Shown here: positions 13,616 to 26,392 of the stretch, one piece after another
Layout of the letters: every line of letters starts with the position of its first letter
Numbering within the stretch: the first letter of the stretch is position 1
From: Chara braunii
Lineage: Eukaryota; Plantae; Charophyceae
NCBI GenBank assembly: GCA_003427395.1
Contig: BFEA01000020.1
Coordinates: forward strand, 3,467,840-3,531,839
Direction of reading: 5' to 3'
Length of the DNA stretch: 64,000 nucleotides
Made by a program: the position numbers and the translations under genes
Notes under the pieces: generated by a model
Told to the model about the DNA's origin: nothing
Database searches by the model: none
Seen by the model: the letters and a program-made list of their open reading frames with translations, nothing else

Positions 13616-14000
13616 GGGAGATCGCAAAACAAAATGCGGCACTCTGCCCATTGGAAAACAAAGAAAGACGAAATTTACCCTGGGCCTCTGGGTTGGGCGT
13701 GAAGAAGGGAGAAAGGAAGGAGGGAGGGAGGGAGCTAAGGGGGGAAAGAGGGACGGAGGGCCGAGAGAGGATGAAGGTCCACGGGAGGAGGGAGGGAGGG
13801 TCAAGGGCGACGGGCGAAAGGAGGAGGGAGGGAGGGAGAAGTGAGGGCCGAGAGAAGGAAGGAGGGAGGTAGAAGTGAGAGCCAAGGGAGGGAGGGAGAT
13901 AGAAGTGAGGGTCGGCGGAAGGAAGGAGAGGGGAGGAGTGAGGGCCGAGGGAAGGAAGCACGGAGGGAGAAGTGAGGGTCGACGGAAGGAGGGAGGGAGA
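12220..14000. repeat. Diverged duplicated unit flanking the second gap (~12220-12690 and ~13510-14000), GA-rich
   Basis: Shared CCAAAAGAA-(CT)n-GAGATC(A/G)CAAAACAAAATGCGGCACTCTG(T/C)CCATTGGAAAACAA...AGAAGGGAGAAAGGAAGGAGGGAGGG. Confidence 0.85.
12867..13426. other. Assembly gap (N run)
   Basis: Run of N. Confidence 1.
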
Positions 14001-14419
14001 AGCGAAGGAAGGAAAGAAAAGAGGGGGCCGAGGGAAGGGAGGAGGGAGGGAGACGTCAGGGCCGAGGGAGGAGGAGAGAGGGGAGAGAGGGACGATGGCC
14101 GAGGAAGATACTGAGGAGGTCAGGCGGACGTCGAGAGTAGAAAGGAAGTGGAGGAAAGTGGAGAGCGGACTGATGGTGGAGAGAACATGGAGGTGAGGCG
14201 GAGATCAAGTGCAGGTCGGGCTGATGGAAGAAGGAGAGATGTCAAGGGAGGGAGGTAAGAGAAATGGAGACTCACTTAAGTCTGCCATGTCGACTAAGCC
14301 TCCAGCCGACAACAATCAACCAACAACGCGCAAGCCTTCGGTCATGATGTAGCTTAGCCGTCCAAGTTCCACAAAAGTGGACAATACCTCACACACATTG
14401 CAGTACACGACTCGAAGTT

Positions 14420-14590
14420 CACGTAGCACCAAGCTCACAAACCACGTAGCACCAAGGTCACGAATCACCAAGCTCACGAAGCTTGTAGCGCCAAGCTCAT
14501 GAAGCACGTAGCACCGAGCTCACAAACCACGTAACACCAAGCTCACAAAGCACGTAACACCAAGCTCCTGTAGCACCAAAGCCCGAAGCA
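14420..14590. repeat. Degenerate ~22-bp minisatellite (CACGTAGCACCAAGCTCACAAA)
   Basis: About 7 imperfect tandem copies are visible. Confidence 0.85.
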
Positions 14591-15374
14591 CCTATCATCG
14601 AGGGGGAGAGAGAGGAGGTGGGGCAGGGGGCTGGAGGGGGGGAGCGTGAGAGAGTGGGACCAAAGCCCGAAGCACGTAGCACAGACAGAGAGAGAGTAGA
14701 AGCAATGCCCGAAGCTGATAGCACTGAGAGAGAGAGGACGAGAGAGAGAGAGCGGTAGATAGGTCGTGTGAGCAGGTCACGTATGGCAGGCACGTCCGCC
14801 AGTGGAGGTAAGTCACACAGGGCAGGGACGTCTGCCGTGCAGGTCGGTCGCGTAGGGTAGGTCGTGTAGGGTAGGTTGCGCAGGGCAGGCTTGTCCGATT
14901 GTGCACGTAGGTGGCCTAGGGCAGGTAAGTCCAATAGTTCAGGCATGTCGCGTACGTGGGCCGGCCTGACTTCATTTTTCCTTCGTTCTTCTTTTTGCCC
15001 CCGGACATTTCACGGCCGCAGAAAGCATCAAAATTCATGCACACTGCTCTCAACCGGAAAGAGACCCCGCACCCTAAAGTAAAAAGAACAAATGAACCTA
15101 ACCCAGAAACTGACCCAAGCACATCGATCAAAAAGCACAGACCTTTTCTTTTTTTAAAGCTTCAACAGCACGGATCTCCTGAATCGAGAAAGGGCATCGC
15201 TCCACTTCACAACACCACACATACACCCAGCCCCATATGCGGACCAAATGCATTGAAAACGGGCCACTCGCCTTTTTTTTCCCAAACACATTTCCGCGCC
15301 GCAACAGGCGCGTCAGATTTCACATCGGACGTTCTTTCATCTGAGGGCTGGCCGCGATCGAGGCAAATCACAAA

Positions 15375-15457
15375 CGGGCATCTGTTAAAATCGAACGATA
15401 CAGAGAAGATTAGCATGGGCCCTGCGCAAGGATGACAAACATAAATCGAGACGTGGT
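15375..15457 (+). pseudogene. U6: U6 snRNA pseudogene (lacks the 5' stem-loop and 3' oligo-U)
   Basis: AAAATCGAACGATACAGAGAAGATTAGCATGGGCCCTGCGCAAGGATGACAAACATAAATCGAGACGTGGT matches the plant-type U6 core, including the ACAGAGA box (15400-15406) and the AGC triad. Confidence 0.93.
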
Positions 15458-16410
15458 GGAAAGTTGGACACAAAAAGACAGCCGCAGATCATACATCGTA
15501 CGGGCAGCACCCCCAGTGGCCTCCACGTACGCAGCCCGCATCTCGTAAGCATTAGTAGGGGGAGAGATATCCATGGACGACATAAGAGGGCTAGCGTAAC
15601 AATGGCTCAATTTTCATTATCATGAACTGCTTCAGCAAGTTCGTGTGGTTGGTGCCTAAGCAGAAAACAACATCATCAAAGGAGAATGCCAAACACTTTG
15701 CTGACCACCGAGCATTCGAGCCAGAGATTCAGACTTCGAGAACGAGCTATGGCAGAAGTTGATGCACTTAGCAAAAACCAAGCTTGACATGGGCTCTGCA
15801 CACCACCCTGAGAGTGATCGCAAACAGAGCATGGATAGGTCCTTCGCAATCTAATAAGGCCTGATCAAATCAATTGGGAGCAGCATTTGGCCAAGGTAGA
15901 AAGCACATGCAACAGTTCTATGCATTGAGCTACCAAACGAACAGCACCTGAATTGCAGGAAGGTAGAAAGCACATGCAACAGTTATATGCATTTGGTTAC
16001 CAAACAAACACCATTTGAATTACAGCTTGGTTGCCGACTGTGGATGCCAGTCGACTAGTTGATCCCCGACCTACAGCCCACATACACTCCTGTGACTCCT
16101 CGACTGCTGGATTCCACAGTCCAGTTTGCAAAAGAAGGCAAGCAGGCAATTCCAAGCATGCAAAAGGCACAGCAGCCGATGGCAGATGATGTCAACACGC
16201 ACCACCGCCTTTCACACTCAAGGAAGCAAGGACTAATTTGCGGCAGAAAGTGTTTCCAGAAAGCTGTTGCCGAAGTGGTCCGGATCTTGACCCTCATGTT
16301 GTTGGTGGAGATCCCAGCGGACTCTCACATTTGTAGACATGCCTCCTCATCCAAAGATGTACAGGGTATTTTGTGCCCCTTCATACTCCGTCCACACTTG
16401 CAGGTAGAGT
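15458..16410 (+). pseudogene. Highly degraded Ty3/Gypsy integrase remnant
   Basis: Fragmentary translations GHKKT, FSKFVWLVP, ELWQKLMHLAKTKLDMGSAHHPESD, LIRPDQINWEQHL, AQQPMADDVNTH, LVEIPA. Internal 66-bp tandem duplication at ~15896-16025. Confidence 0.75.
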
Positions 16411-16819
16411 GACTATGCACCCTCCGACGATTGATGAGTATTGCAGATATTGAACCACCAGTTCGGCCGAAGCGAAATTGGCCTCTCACCGATAAACAGG
16501 ATAAGAGTAAAAAGGTTATGTTTTTGTAATTTAAAAAAACAAGAAAAAAGGACAAGAGTATACGTCTTTGGCCTGCCAGACCCAAAAGGGGTACCAAGGG
16601 GGTGCGCAAAACTCCAATTACACCGACTTTGCCGGGTTGTTGGGGCAGCGGGATGCCGACCCACAACTTGCCCTGATTTCCTCTTGAATTCTTGAGTCTA
16701 TTGCTATTTGCTGTTGACAAGATGAGTACCTGGGACCTATCCATAGAATCTTTGTAGGCCAAGTTTACGGTAGGCCCTTGCAGACAGGTAAGTTCTCGAT
16801 TTTTCAACAAGGAGACCAG

Positions 16820-17745
16820 TGCAATCAGACTCGTCTTCTTCCTTCCTTAGCATACATGAAAACAGATGGCAATCACACTGGCGACGAGCGCCCACACAAA
16901 GCTCAGAGATATCGTGGCCAAGAACACAGTTCAGATTCAACTTGCTTCGAAAGGCTATGGCGCCTGTGCACCCTCAAAACACCCTTCCACGCTGTGTCCC
17001 CAGCAACTGTTCACACGCACGGAACTCTGGATCTCCCTAGACGTCCCACACACGCACACAACTCACTCACGCTCATACACAAACACGCTACAGCCTAACT
17101 CTAACCCAGCGCAGCTATGGCTGCTTGCTATCTCTACCACTAACTAGCGGCTATGGCCGCTTCGTCTCCCTCTCAGCACACTTCTTCTTCGGGCACTCGC
17201 AGACCTCCTTGCGCAAATCACTCAGGCGGCGCTTCCGCATGGCTCACAGTCTGAATGAATGAATAACTGGACTTTGGTTGGTCGCTGCTCTGCGCTCCTT
17301 TCCGCCGGGCCTAGGGTGCACACAGTCTCACATGTTACTTGCTGACTGGACAAGGTGCAACTGGGACTGGGTACCGCTGACTGGACCTGGTAAGACTGCC
17401 CACTTGCCCACGCCACTTGCCCACTTGACTCTCGAAGGGGCAGTCCTAGAAGACTCTAGACCTTCCTACTTGCCCTTTCGGTACTGTAGCGACTACGACT
17501 CAGGTTGACCATTCAGACCTACAGCAGCTACGACCAGACATAAGCTGCGACTCCTATCCTACAGGTAAGCAGCTCGAACCTACTCAACCCTCGTATGTAC
17601 AACAGCCTTAAACAGACAACTTTTAGAGGCAGGTCACAGGTTCAAACCTAGATGGGGCAAACTGTACTGTACACGGGTCCGGGGCAGGTCAAGGTATCGA
17701 GCCCTGGGATCTGCATCTGCTACTGCAAAGGTGAAAACCGTTTCA
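16820..17745 (-). repeat. 3' LTR of element 1
   Basis: TGCAATCAGACTC...GGTGAAAACCGTTTCA, homologous to 24699-25627. Confidence 0.95.
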
Positions 17746-17783
17746 CTCCCGCCGGCCTAGATTCGAGGTCCTCCGCGAATACT

Positions 17784-20700
17784 TCAGTCAAAGGCAGGAC
17801 CTTTACCTTTCTTACCTCTCTCATAGGCTCGGACTATATCGGGAGCAGTCTCTAGAAGCTCTGTTCGGGTAAACCAGTGGTCGTCTTCGGGCTCTTGATA
17901 AGAAAATCTGACTTTGTACTGTTTCTGTGGACGACCTCTACCTCCTGTTCTGAATACATCCTCACCTACTATGCGATCAATGTCGTATCTTCCTTCCATA
18001 TCCGGAGGGATCATGGACCTCCTCGATAGGAACTGCTGACTCGTAGTGCAAGGCAACAACTTAGACGCATGAAAAACTGGGTAGGTGTGGAGGTGTGCTG
18101 GAATCTCTATCGTGCAGGACGGTCCATCCTCTCCGCCCTTGACTTCTAGGACTGGCCACGGTCCTCTATACGCAGGTAACAGTTTCTGCGAAAAGTTCTC
18201 CTCAGAAGCAAATTCTTTGGATTTGACCCAGACTAGGTTGCCTACTTGGAACTGCGACGGGCGGCGGTGCTTGTTGGCTTGCTCTATCATCTTATGCTGG
18301 GCCTTCCTGAGGTTTTCTATCACGGTAGCAATCTCTTTCTCGTGCCGTAGTGCAAACTCCCCACTACCGGGCAGTAGCCTCTGGATCTAATCCCGGTTCA
18401 GTCCCACAAACGGCCTACTCGGTCTAAAGGACTTATGTAGTTCGTTGGGAGTGCGACAGGTTGCTAAATGCACACTGTTGTCATATGCACTGGCTACCTT
18501 TGGGAGCATCTCATCCCAGTTGACTTGATTTTGTACATTCTAAGAACTTGTTGCAGGATCTTGTTCAACTGTTCAGTCTGACCGTTAGTCTCTGGATGGC
18601 GGCCAGAGGACATCAACAACTTAGAGCCGTAGACTCTCATCAGTTCCTGCCAGTTCTGACTAGTGAATCTGGTGTCCCTGTCACTACCTATGGACAGCGG
18701 TAGACCATGATCACTGACCCAATGATCAAAGAACTTCTCTATCACTAAATATGTGCATGCCTCTAAAGGCAAAGGAACAAAAACTGCATACTTACTAAAT
18801 CTGTCAATTATAACCATGACTTGGCTCTTGCCATGCCCACTCTGGACCCCAGCATCCATGAAATCGATGGGCACTGAATCCCCGAGTCCTGCTGCAATAG
18901 GCAAGGGTCTGAGAAGACCAAGAGGGGCTCGTGTAGTGGTCTTATTCCTCTGGCATACTTTACAACTGCGCACGTGCTCTATGCAGTCAACCTTCATGCC
19001 AGGCCATGTATATGCACGAACGAGGTTGGCTAATGTCTTTTGCCAACCGAAGTGTCCCTCTGTGTCGTCGCATTCCCCTAGGATCAAACTACGGATCTCC
19101 TCATTGTTGGGAATGCATAGTCGATCAGCTATGTTAGTCTTCTCAAATAACAACCCATCTGTAGTGCGGTAATCTGGTTCAGACTTTGGGAGCATCTCAA
19201 ATAACTCTCTTGAGGAGGTCGCTATAAATAGGGTCCTGCGCATATGGCTCTTTGACTTTCTGTTGCAGGTCTCTCCCTATGTCCAGATAGTGTACTATCG
19301 CTCCAAAGTAATCGGCTCTCCTACTTAGATCGTCCGCAACAACATTGTACTTTCCTTTGCCAGGCTTGAGCTCAAAGTCAAACTGATCTACCTTTGCGGC
19401 CCACCTAGTAAGCTTAGGTGTCATCTTGGCCCGAGTCTTCAGCCACCTCAACGTCTCATGGTCTGAGAAGACTTTGAAGTGCCTCCCAAGCAAGTAATGC
19501 TTTCTGTGGTCTAGTGCTTGCTTGAGAGCGTAGAGTTCCCTCTCGTACGTAGATATCGCTACCTTCTTCAAAGGCATTCTAGCGGACAAGAACTCTACGT
19601 GTCTATACCCATTACCATCATTTTGCTGTAAAACAGCACCCGTACCTTATTGACTTGCATCAGTAGTGACAACAAAAGGCAAGGACGGATCAGCTACCTT
19701 GAGGACTGGGTACTCTATCAAGACCCGCTTCAACTTCTTTAGGGCCAATGTACAATCTTGGTCCCACTTCTAGATCACTTCTTTCTATAGCAATCTGTGA
19801 AGGGGAGCAGCGATGGCAGAGAAGTTCCTCACAAACTTCCTATAGTAATTTGCCAACCCTAGGAACGACCGCAGCTCTGTCAACGTGTGGGAAGTTGGCC
19901 AATCTCCAATCGCTGCTATCTTATTATCCTCGGGCCTTATGCCATCTCCATCTAAAACGTGGCCCAAGTACAAAACCTACGTCTTGGCCCACTCGCACTT
20001 CTTCGCGTTGATCTTGAAGTCCGCTTCTCTCAGCTTCTGCAAGACCTGCCTCAAATGAGCCTCGTGCTCCTGGAGGGTCTTGCTAAACCCTAGAATATCA
20101 TCTGGATACACCATCACAAATCTATCTAACCACGGCCTAAACAAATCGTTGATGCAGCGCTGAAATGTGGCTGGTGTGTTGGTTAGTCCAAAGGCATCAC
20201 TATAAACTCCATGGCTACGATCCAGACGTCCGGACCGCCGTCCGGACGGTCTGGATTCAGTCCGGAATCCAAGCGTCCGGTCTGGAAGGTCCGGATCTGG
20301 CAAATTTCGAGAAAAAAAAAAAAAAAACAGTCCAGGACCCTTCCCCATTGAGGAGTCAAGCCCCCAAAATTGTTTTGGGGGGTTTTCAGGCCCATTTTTG
20401 CTTTTCGGGGGGGTCCGGACATGCTCTCTCTCTCTATAGTAATTTATTAGACAACCCCAATGTTTTAATTATTAATAATCCATTACCTTTTATTAGCTTT
20501 TAAAGTCTTTTTCTAAACGTTTTATAGTATTTGACTTTTAACTCAAGTTTGGTTAGGAATTCTGACATGACTCTGAGGCAAAAGTGGTTTGCATTGTTGT
20601 TCTCCATAACATACTTTTTTTCAGATTTTTTTATTTTTATTCTTTTTAATGGTCCGAACATTTCCGAACCTGTCCAAACATCCGGACCTTCCAGATCCCC

Positions 20701-23346
20701 CCATGTACGGAGGTCCAGAAATTCCGGACGTCGGAAAACCGGACACGGGTCCGGTTCCATGTCCGGAAATGTCCGGGCCTAGGTCCGACGCAGCCATGAT
20801 ACACTCGTAGTGCCCGTATCTAGTCCTAAACGCCGTCTTGTACTAATCTTCAGGATGAACCTCTATTTGATGATAGCCCGACTTTAAATCTATCTTTGAG
20901 AAATATTTGCAACCCTACACCCGATCCAGTAGACCATCTATCCGGGCCAGTTGTTCGGCATTCTTCACTGTGACGGTGTTAAGACCCCTCTAGTCAATGC
21001 ACATTCTTAATTCTCCCTCCTTGGGGACGAACAGGACAGGCGCTCCAAGCGAAGACGAACTGGGCCTGATACAACCCTTTTCGAGGAGCTCGTCTAACCG
21101 CTTGCGCAGCTCCTCTAACTCTCTTGGGGACATTCTATACACAGCCCCCTTAGGAGTCCCACTGCAAGGCTCTATCTCAATGCGATGCTGGATTGACCGC
21201 GACACTACTCATGTAGGCGGCTCAAACAAATCTGCATATTCCTCCAGCAGCTTGGCAATGTGAGGGTCGATCGACTCTTCCTCTTTAGGCTCGGTAGCTG
21301 GCAAACATAGGCTGAAAAGACATGTTGTTCTAGCTACTGCTTCTTCACTAACCTTGTGAATCCAGGAGCGCTGAGGCAGCAATGTGCTAGGGAGTTGACG
21401 ACTCCTGACACATGGAACAGGCGAGGAGTCTCGACTTCACCTGACGGACTAGGGAGCCTACACTCGTGCTCTCTCAAATGGAGTGTGGCCCCTGCTGCCT
21501 CTCCCCAATCCATTCCTAGGGCCATATCGAATGGGAGATTGTCCTCTACGAGGAGACTCAAGGAATGGACAACTCTCTCTACCTTCCCATCTTTCTCTAG
21601 GCGGAAATATGCCTGGACTCCCTCGACGTAATCCTCAATTCGCATGGTGCAAATGTCTGCTCGGATACTGACTATAGGTCCTAACTTTTGGACTTTCAAA
21701 TTCAACTTCAGCTTTTGCAGCGCTTTACGACTCATGTAGCTTCGGGTAGCCCCACTGTCTATAAGGGGCCCTACCCTACCTCTAAAAACTTCTACCACTA
21801 CCAAAACTAGTTGTCCCTTTCCATCCTTCTTCATCTTGGCCCAGGCTGGCATCCTCTCTTTTAACTCTTCTGCCACACCTGTGAGGGAAGTGCCTAGAGA
21901 GTCTCTAACGCAAGCGGTCTCTGGACAGCTATCTAGGCACTAGCCAGCAACCTCTGCCATAGACACATGTGGTTTGGGAGTTTCTCTATGGTGCGCGCAC
22001 TCTTCTCCACATGGTCAAGGGGTAAGGGCAGTTGCAACCCCTACCGGCGGTTGCTTTTTGCTGGCAGTACTTAAAAATGTGTCCCGGATCACCGCAGAAA
22101 ATGCACTGATCCACGTCTATTCGCCTTTGCCATACGGTCTGCGCCCAACGCTTCCCAGGGTATGCCTTGCGGCAGGCTAGGGTGCCATTCACCCCTCCTA
22201 GGAGGTGATTGATAAGAACGAGGACAGTTTTGCGGGGGACCTTGACCCTTACCTCCCTCTTGGCGGGAGTGGATAGTTTGCAGCTTGTCAGAGGCCTTAA
22301 ACCCCAGAGTGACATCTGCAAATCGGTCGCGAAGTAATTAAAAAAAAAACTCTGGTGTAATCATAGAATAGGCTACCATGTCATTTTCACATTTGGCAGC
22401 ACGGGCGAGCGATCGAGCGAAGCTAGATGCTTAGTCTCTGAGAGCGCGGAAAGCACTGAGGACTTGCTCCTGAGGGATGATGTCCTCGAGGTGCACGTAG
22501 GAGTTAACATTCACCTCCCAGTTATCTACATCTTCAAGCTGCTTCCCACGATAGGAGTCAAGGAATTTCACTTAGACTCGCTCCCTACGTGGACAGGCTT
22601 CCTCCTCCTTTGTGCATCATCATTTCACACACAAACTCTCTAAAGCCCGGGGGTATGGACTATAAGGCTATATCCTGGCCCCTCACGAACTGATATTGTT
22701 CTTGTTGGGCCTTTGCCAAAAGTTTTATATTCCTAGCCATAATTTCCATTTTTCCCTCCAGGTCCTTTTTTGCTCACTTACCACCCTCAACTCATTCTCC
22801 ATCTTATTTGCCGCCTCCAGTCGTTGCCTCTTCTCCCTTGTGAGGCGCAACTTCCACTCCAACTTCTTTTCTTCTTCTATTGTCTGGCGGCGTAATGGGT
22901 TTTTTTCTGCCTCCAACTCCCTTATCACTGCCTCATGTTCTGCCCTCGGGACATACAACATAGCTTCTTCCTCTTCTCCCAGGGACAAATTGGCGACCCG
23001 CTCTATGAACCTTCTTTTCCATCCACTGGTCTTCCTTCTTCGTGCCGCTCGACTCTCCTCTTTCTCTTCTAACATACCTTTCCAAGGGGACTTCTTCCTC
23101 TACTTCTTCTGCTTCTTCTTCTTCTTCCACTGGCTTTAACTTTTCTTCTTCTTTCTTCAACTTCTCCATCTCCTCCTCCAGCTTCTTCTTCGCCACCTGC
23201 TCCTCCAGTAAGGCCAACTTCTTGGCCTGCTTAATCAACTTTTTCTTCGCCTCCTTTTCTTTTCTCTCTTTTACCAGGGCGGTGGCTTGCTCCTCTTGAG
23301 CCTTGCTATACCGTGTGGTGCTCATACCTGTTCGCGTGGTCACCAT
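17784..23346 (-). pseudogene. gag-pol polyprotein of element 1 (frameshifted, interrupted by a MITE)
   Basis: Glu/Lys-rich Gag N-terminus MVTTRTG; zinc knuckle CIFCGDPGHIFKYC; protease LIDSGATRSYM; RT APVLFVPK, MVYPDDIL; RNase H YERELYAL; integrase GHFGWQKT, HPETNGQTE, YRGPW; chromodomain YDIDRIV...QYKVRF...W. Confidence 0.95.
20210..20798. mobile_element. Non-autonomous hAT-type DNA transposon (MITE) inserted in the RT of element 1
   Basis: TIR CATGGCTACG / CGCAGCCATG; 8-bp TSD ATAAACTC (20202-20209) / ATACACTC (20799-20806); many subterminal TCCGGA motifs. Removal restores ...GHYE(F/C)IVMPFGL. Confidence 0.88.
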
Positions 23347-24488
23347 GATGATAGGTGCACAACCAAATGATGGTTCCACTCCTTACCACTTAAGAGTTTC
23401 CACCCACTGACTGACTAACTAACTGACTGACTCTCTAAGGACCACAGAGTCCTCCCCTTTAATCCAGCCAGGTTACCACAACCGACGGAAGCTTTCACCA
23501 CCACTGTCCGTTACAATCCTCGACCCAGATGCCCTGCACCTGCAGTCAACCCACCTGGCTTTCACTCCGGTTCAGAACCCTGTCAACTAGGGCCTCTAGC
23601 CTAGACCTACGGCTATGGCTGTCACTACAGGACTTCACTGCTGATCAGGAGGCATTAAAGGAGATCAACCATAACTCCTCAGGAATTCTTTATCATCGTA
23701 GACAGGACGACGCGATCAGCGAGGCCTCTCAAGACTTAGACAACCGGTTGTACAGCCGACAACTCAGATTTTGCACCAACCACGCCACACAGAGCAGCCC
23801 GCCAATCTGTATCGGTCCTTGGGAGGGCTAGTCCTCCGGGACGTGTAAGTCGTCAGACATGGACAGCAGCCCTACTCGCCCCGTGTGTGTTTGGTCAACA
23901 CAACTCTATGACCACATACACGAAGTTCCTATCACCTGGACAAAAGAGACTCAATGCAAAAAGAAGAGACAAACATACTCAGCAAGTACCATGGGGTGAG
24001 TGCACATCATAGGGCGAGGGGATAGGCTGAAGGCTTAGCGAAATTATGCCAACTCCAGCTTGATCAAACTTCGGTCAACAGCCTTGGTCAAAATCAACAC
24101 TACGGTCAACGCTGGTAACCACCTTTGTCAACGCTAGTCAACATCTTGGTCAACGCCTCAGTCAACGCTGGTCAACGCCTCGGTCATCTTCGGTAAGCTC
24201 GGCTATGGCTGCCTACCCCTTCTCCTTCACCAACGTTCACCTTCCTCCTCTCTTCACCTTCACCCTTGGCTATGGCTTCTCTCTCCTCCTACGTCTCTTC
24301 ACCTTCACCCCCGGCTATAGCTTCTTTTTCTTCCTTCGTGTCTTCTTCCTCCACTCACTTTCTTTCTTTCTTCCAACTCTATCTTCTCGCTCACTTCTAG
24401 TCTCCTCCTTCGTTTTCCTCTCCGTGTCCGAGCTCGGCGGCTATGGCCGCCACCTTCTTCCTTGAACTGCACAACCAATCTTGTATCG

Positions 24489-24568
<80 letters not shown>

Positions 24569-24685
24569 TCTTCTTCGTCGTCGTCGTCGTCATTGTGTGT
24601 GCAGGTACACGGCGTCTTCCTGCAGTGGCGCAACTATGGCGGTTCCTATTGACGACGCCGATGGCGGGTGGAACAGCGGGAACCA

Positions 24686-24697
24686 GCTCTGATACCA
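24686..24697 (-). promoter_or_regulatory. Primer-binding site (tRNA-Met initiator) of element 1
   Basis: Minus strand TGGTATCAGAGC, 1 nt from the 5' LTR end. Confidence 0.95.
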
Positions 24698-24698
24698 A

Positions 24699-25627
24699 TG
24701 CAATCAGACTCTTCTTTCTTCCTCAGCATGCATGAAAACAGATGGCAATCACACTGGCGCCGAGCGCCCACACCAAGCTCAGAGATACCGTGGCCAGGAA
24801 CACAGTCCAGATTCAACTTGCTTCAAAAGGCTATGGCGCCTGTGCGCCCTCAAAACACCCTTCCACGCTGTGTCCCCAACTGTTCACACGCACGCTACTC
24901 TGGATCTCCCTGGATGTCCCACACACGCACACAACTCACTCATACTCATACACAAACACGCTACAGCCTAACTCTAACCTAGTGCAGCTATGGCTGCTTG
25001 CTATCTCTACCACTAACTAGCGGCTATGGCCGCTTCGTCTCCCTCTCAGCCCACTTCTTCCTCGGGCACTCGCAGACCTCCTTGCACAGGCAGTGCTTCC
25101 GCACAGCTCTCAGTCTGAATGATTGAATAACTGGACACTGCCTCTTGATTTATACTTCGGTTGATCGCTGGTCTGCTCCTTTCCACCGGGGTTAGGGTGA
25201 CACACAGTCCCACATGGTAGTTGCTGCACCGCTGACGTGGGACTGGGCACTGCTGACTGGACCTGGCAAGTCTGCGCACTTGCCCACTTGCCTACAGATT
25301 GCTTCTATGACTCTCGAAGGGGCAGTCCTAGATGACTCTAGACCTTCCTACTTGCCGTTTTGGTACTGTGGCGGCTACGTCTCAGGTTGAGCCTTCAGAC
25401 CTACAGCAGCTACGACCAGACATAAGCTGCGACTTCTATCCTACAGGTAAGCCGCTCGAGCCTACTCAACCCTCGTATGTACAACAGCCTTAAACAGACA
25501 ACTTTTAGGGGCAGGTCAGGGATTCAAACCTAGATGGGGCAAACTGTACTGTACACGGGTTCGGGGCAGGTCTAGGGATCGAGCCCTGGGATCTGCATCT
25601 GCTACTGCAAAGGTGAAAACTGTTTCA
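24699..25627 (-). repeat. 5' LTR of element 1
   Basis: TGCAATCAGACTC...GGTGAAAACTGTTTCA, adjacent to the PBS. Confidence 0.95.
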
Positions 25628-26049
25628 CCAGGTAGGCTTGGGCTGGAAAGCAGCTTTCCAAAAGTGACGAGCTGAAAAGCAAAGCAAAGGAGTTTCTCTT
25701 TGGCCAGTTTTGCTTGACTGTGAAGAAGTAACCACAGTGAATCATCATCATCATCATAACTAAATGTCATAAAGGCTGCACATACGCCACCTTTGATGGT
25801 GGTGATTTTTTATCTATACATAGATTCTGTATTTACAAGCAGCGACGATGAGGGAATCGAGAACTACAGCACATTCATCCCTACAGCATGAGAGTGGCTC
25901 ACATTTTGTGATAGCACGTGCACATACGTGCTTTAAACAGATGGGCACTTTGGACAAACGGGGAGAAGAGAGAGACGACAGCTTGAAATCAAAGTCAAAG
26001 CTATCAATTGGCATTGAAGATCACCTCGGCAAGAACATGACCGGGGTAC

Positions 26050-26107
26050 CTTGTTTGGCCAAGCATGCAATGTACAAGCACTCGAGCTCCCTCCTGCCGG
26101 GCTTGTT
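26050..26107 (-). CDS. IBR5: Internal exon (58 bp) of an IBR5-like dual-specificity protein phosphatase; catalytic loop
   Basis: Acceptor ttggttgcAG and donor GTacc. Encodes (E)QARQEGARVLVHCMLGQT(R) with the HC(X)5R signature. Phase 1 start fits the 40323-40422 exon. Matches Arabidopsis IBR5 DQCEKDKARVLVHCMSGKSR as recalled. Confidence 0.9.
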
Positions 26108-26392
26108 CTGCAACCAAACACACATCCATATTTGACACTCAATAGAAGAATAACAATCCTCTTTTCACCACATGCAAGGCAAAAGAACTCATAAAATGCA
26201 AGGTGACTTACAAAATGAAAAACCATGCCAGTTGGCAGAAAGCACAAAAACATAACCTATTGCAATTAACTGATGCCGAAAACCAAACGGAACAAATTTC
26301 CAAAATAAAACAACAAAACACCCACCTTCTTTAGCAGCCAGTCCTCTAATACCAGAACTTTCTATCTTTTCTTGACTAAAGTGCATGGTCGT

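Larger units (their letters stand above)
16820..25627 (-). mobile_element. Full-length Ty3/Gypsy chromovirus LTR retrotransposon (element 1), degenerate
   Basis: Paired TG...CA LTRs (16820-17745, 24699-25627), 4-bp TSD CCAG (16816-16819 / 25628-25631), PBS, and gag-PR-RT-RH-IN-chromodomain order. Confidence 0.96.

Noticed and set aside
14275-14330. Minus-strand GWRL followed by GTGAGT as a candidate next IBR5 exon
   Set aside because: It lacks SPAVV.AYLM upstream, has stops in frame and has no compatible acceptor.
14420-14590. Short regularly spaced repeats resembling a CRISPR array
   Set aside because: Degenerate tandem units without unique spacers, eukaryotic context, no cas genes.
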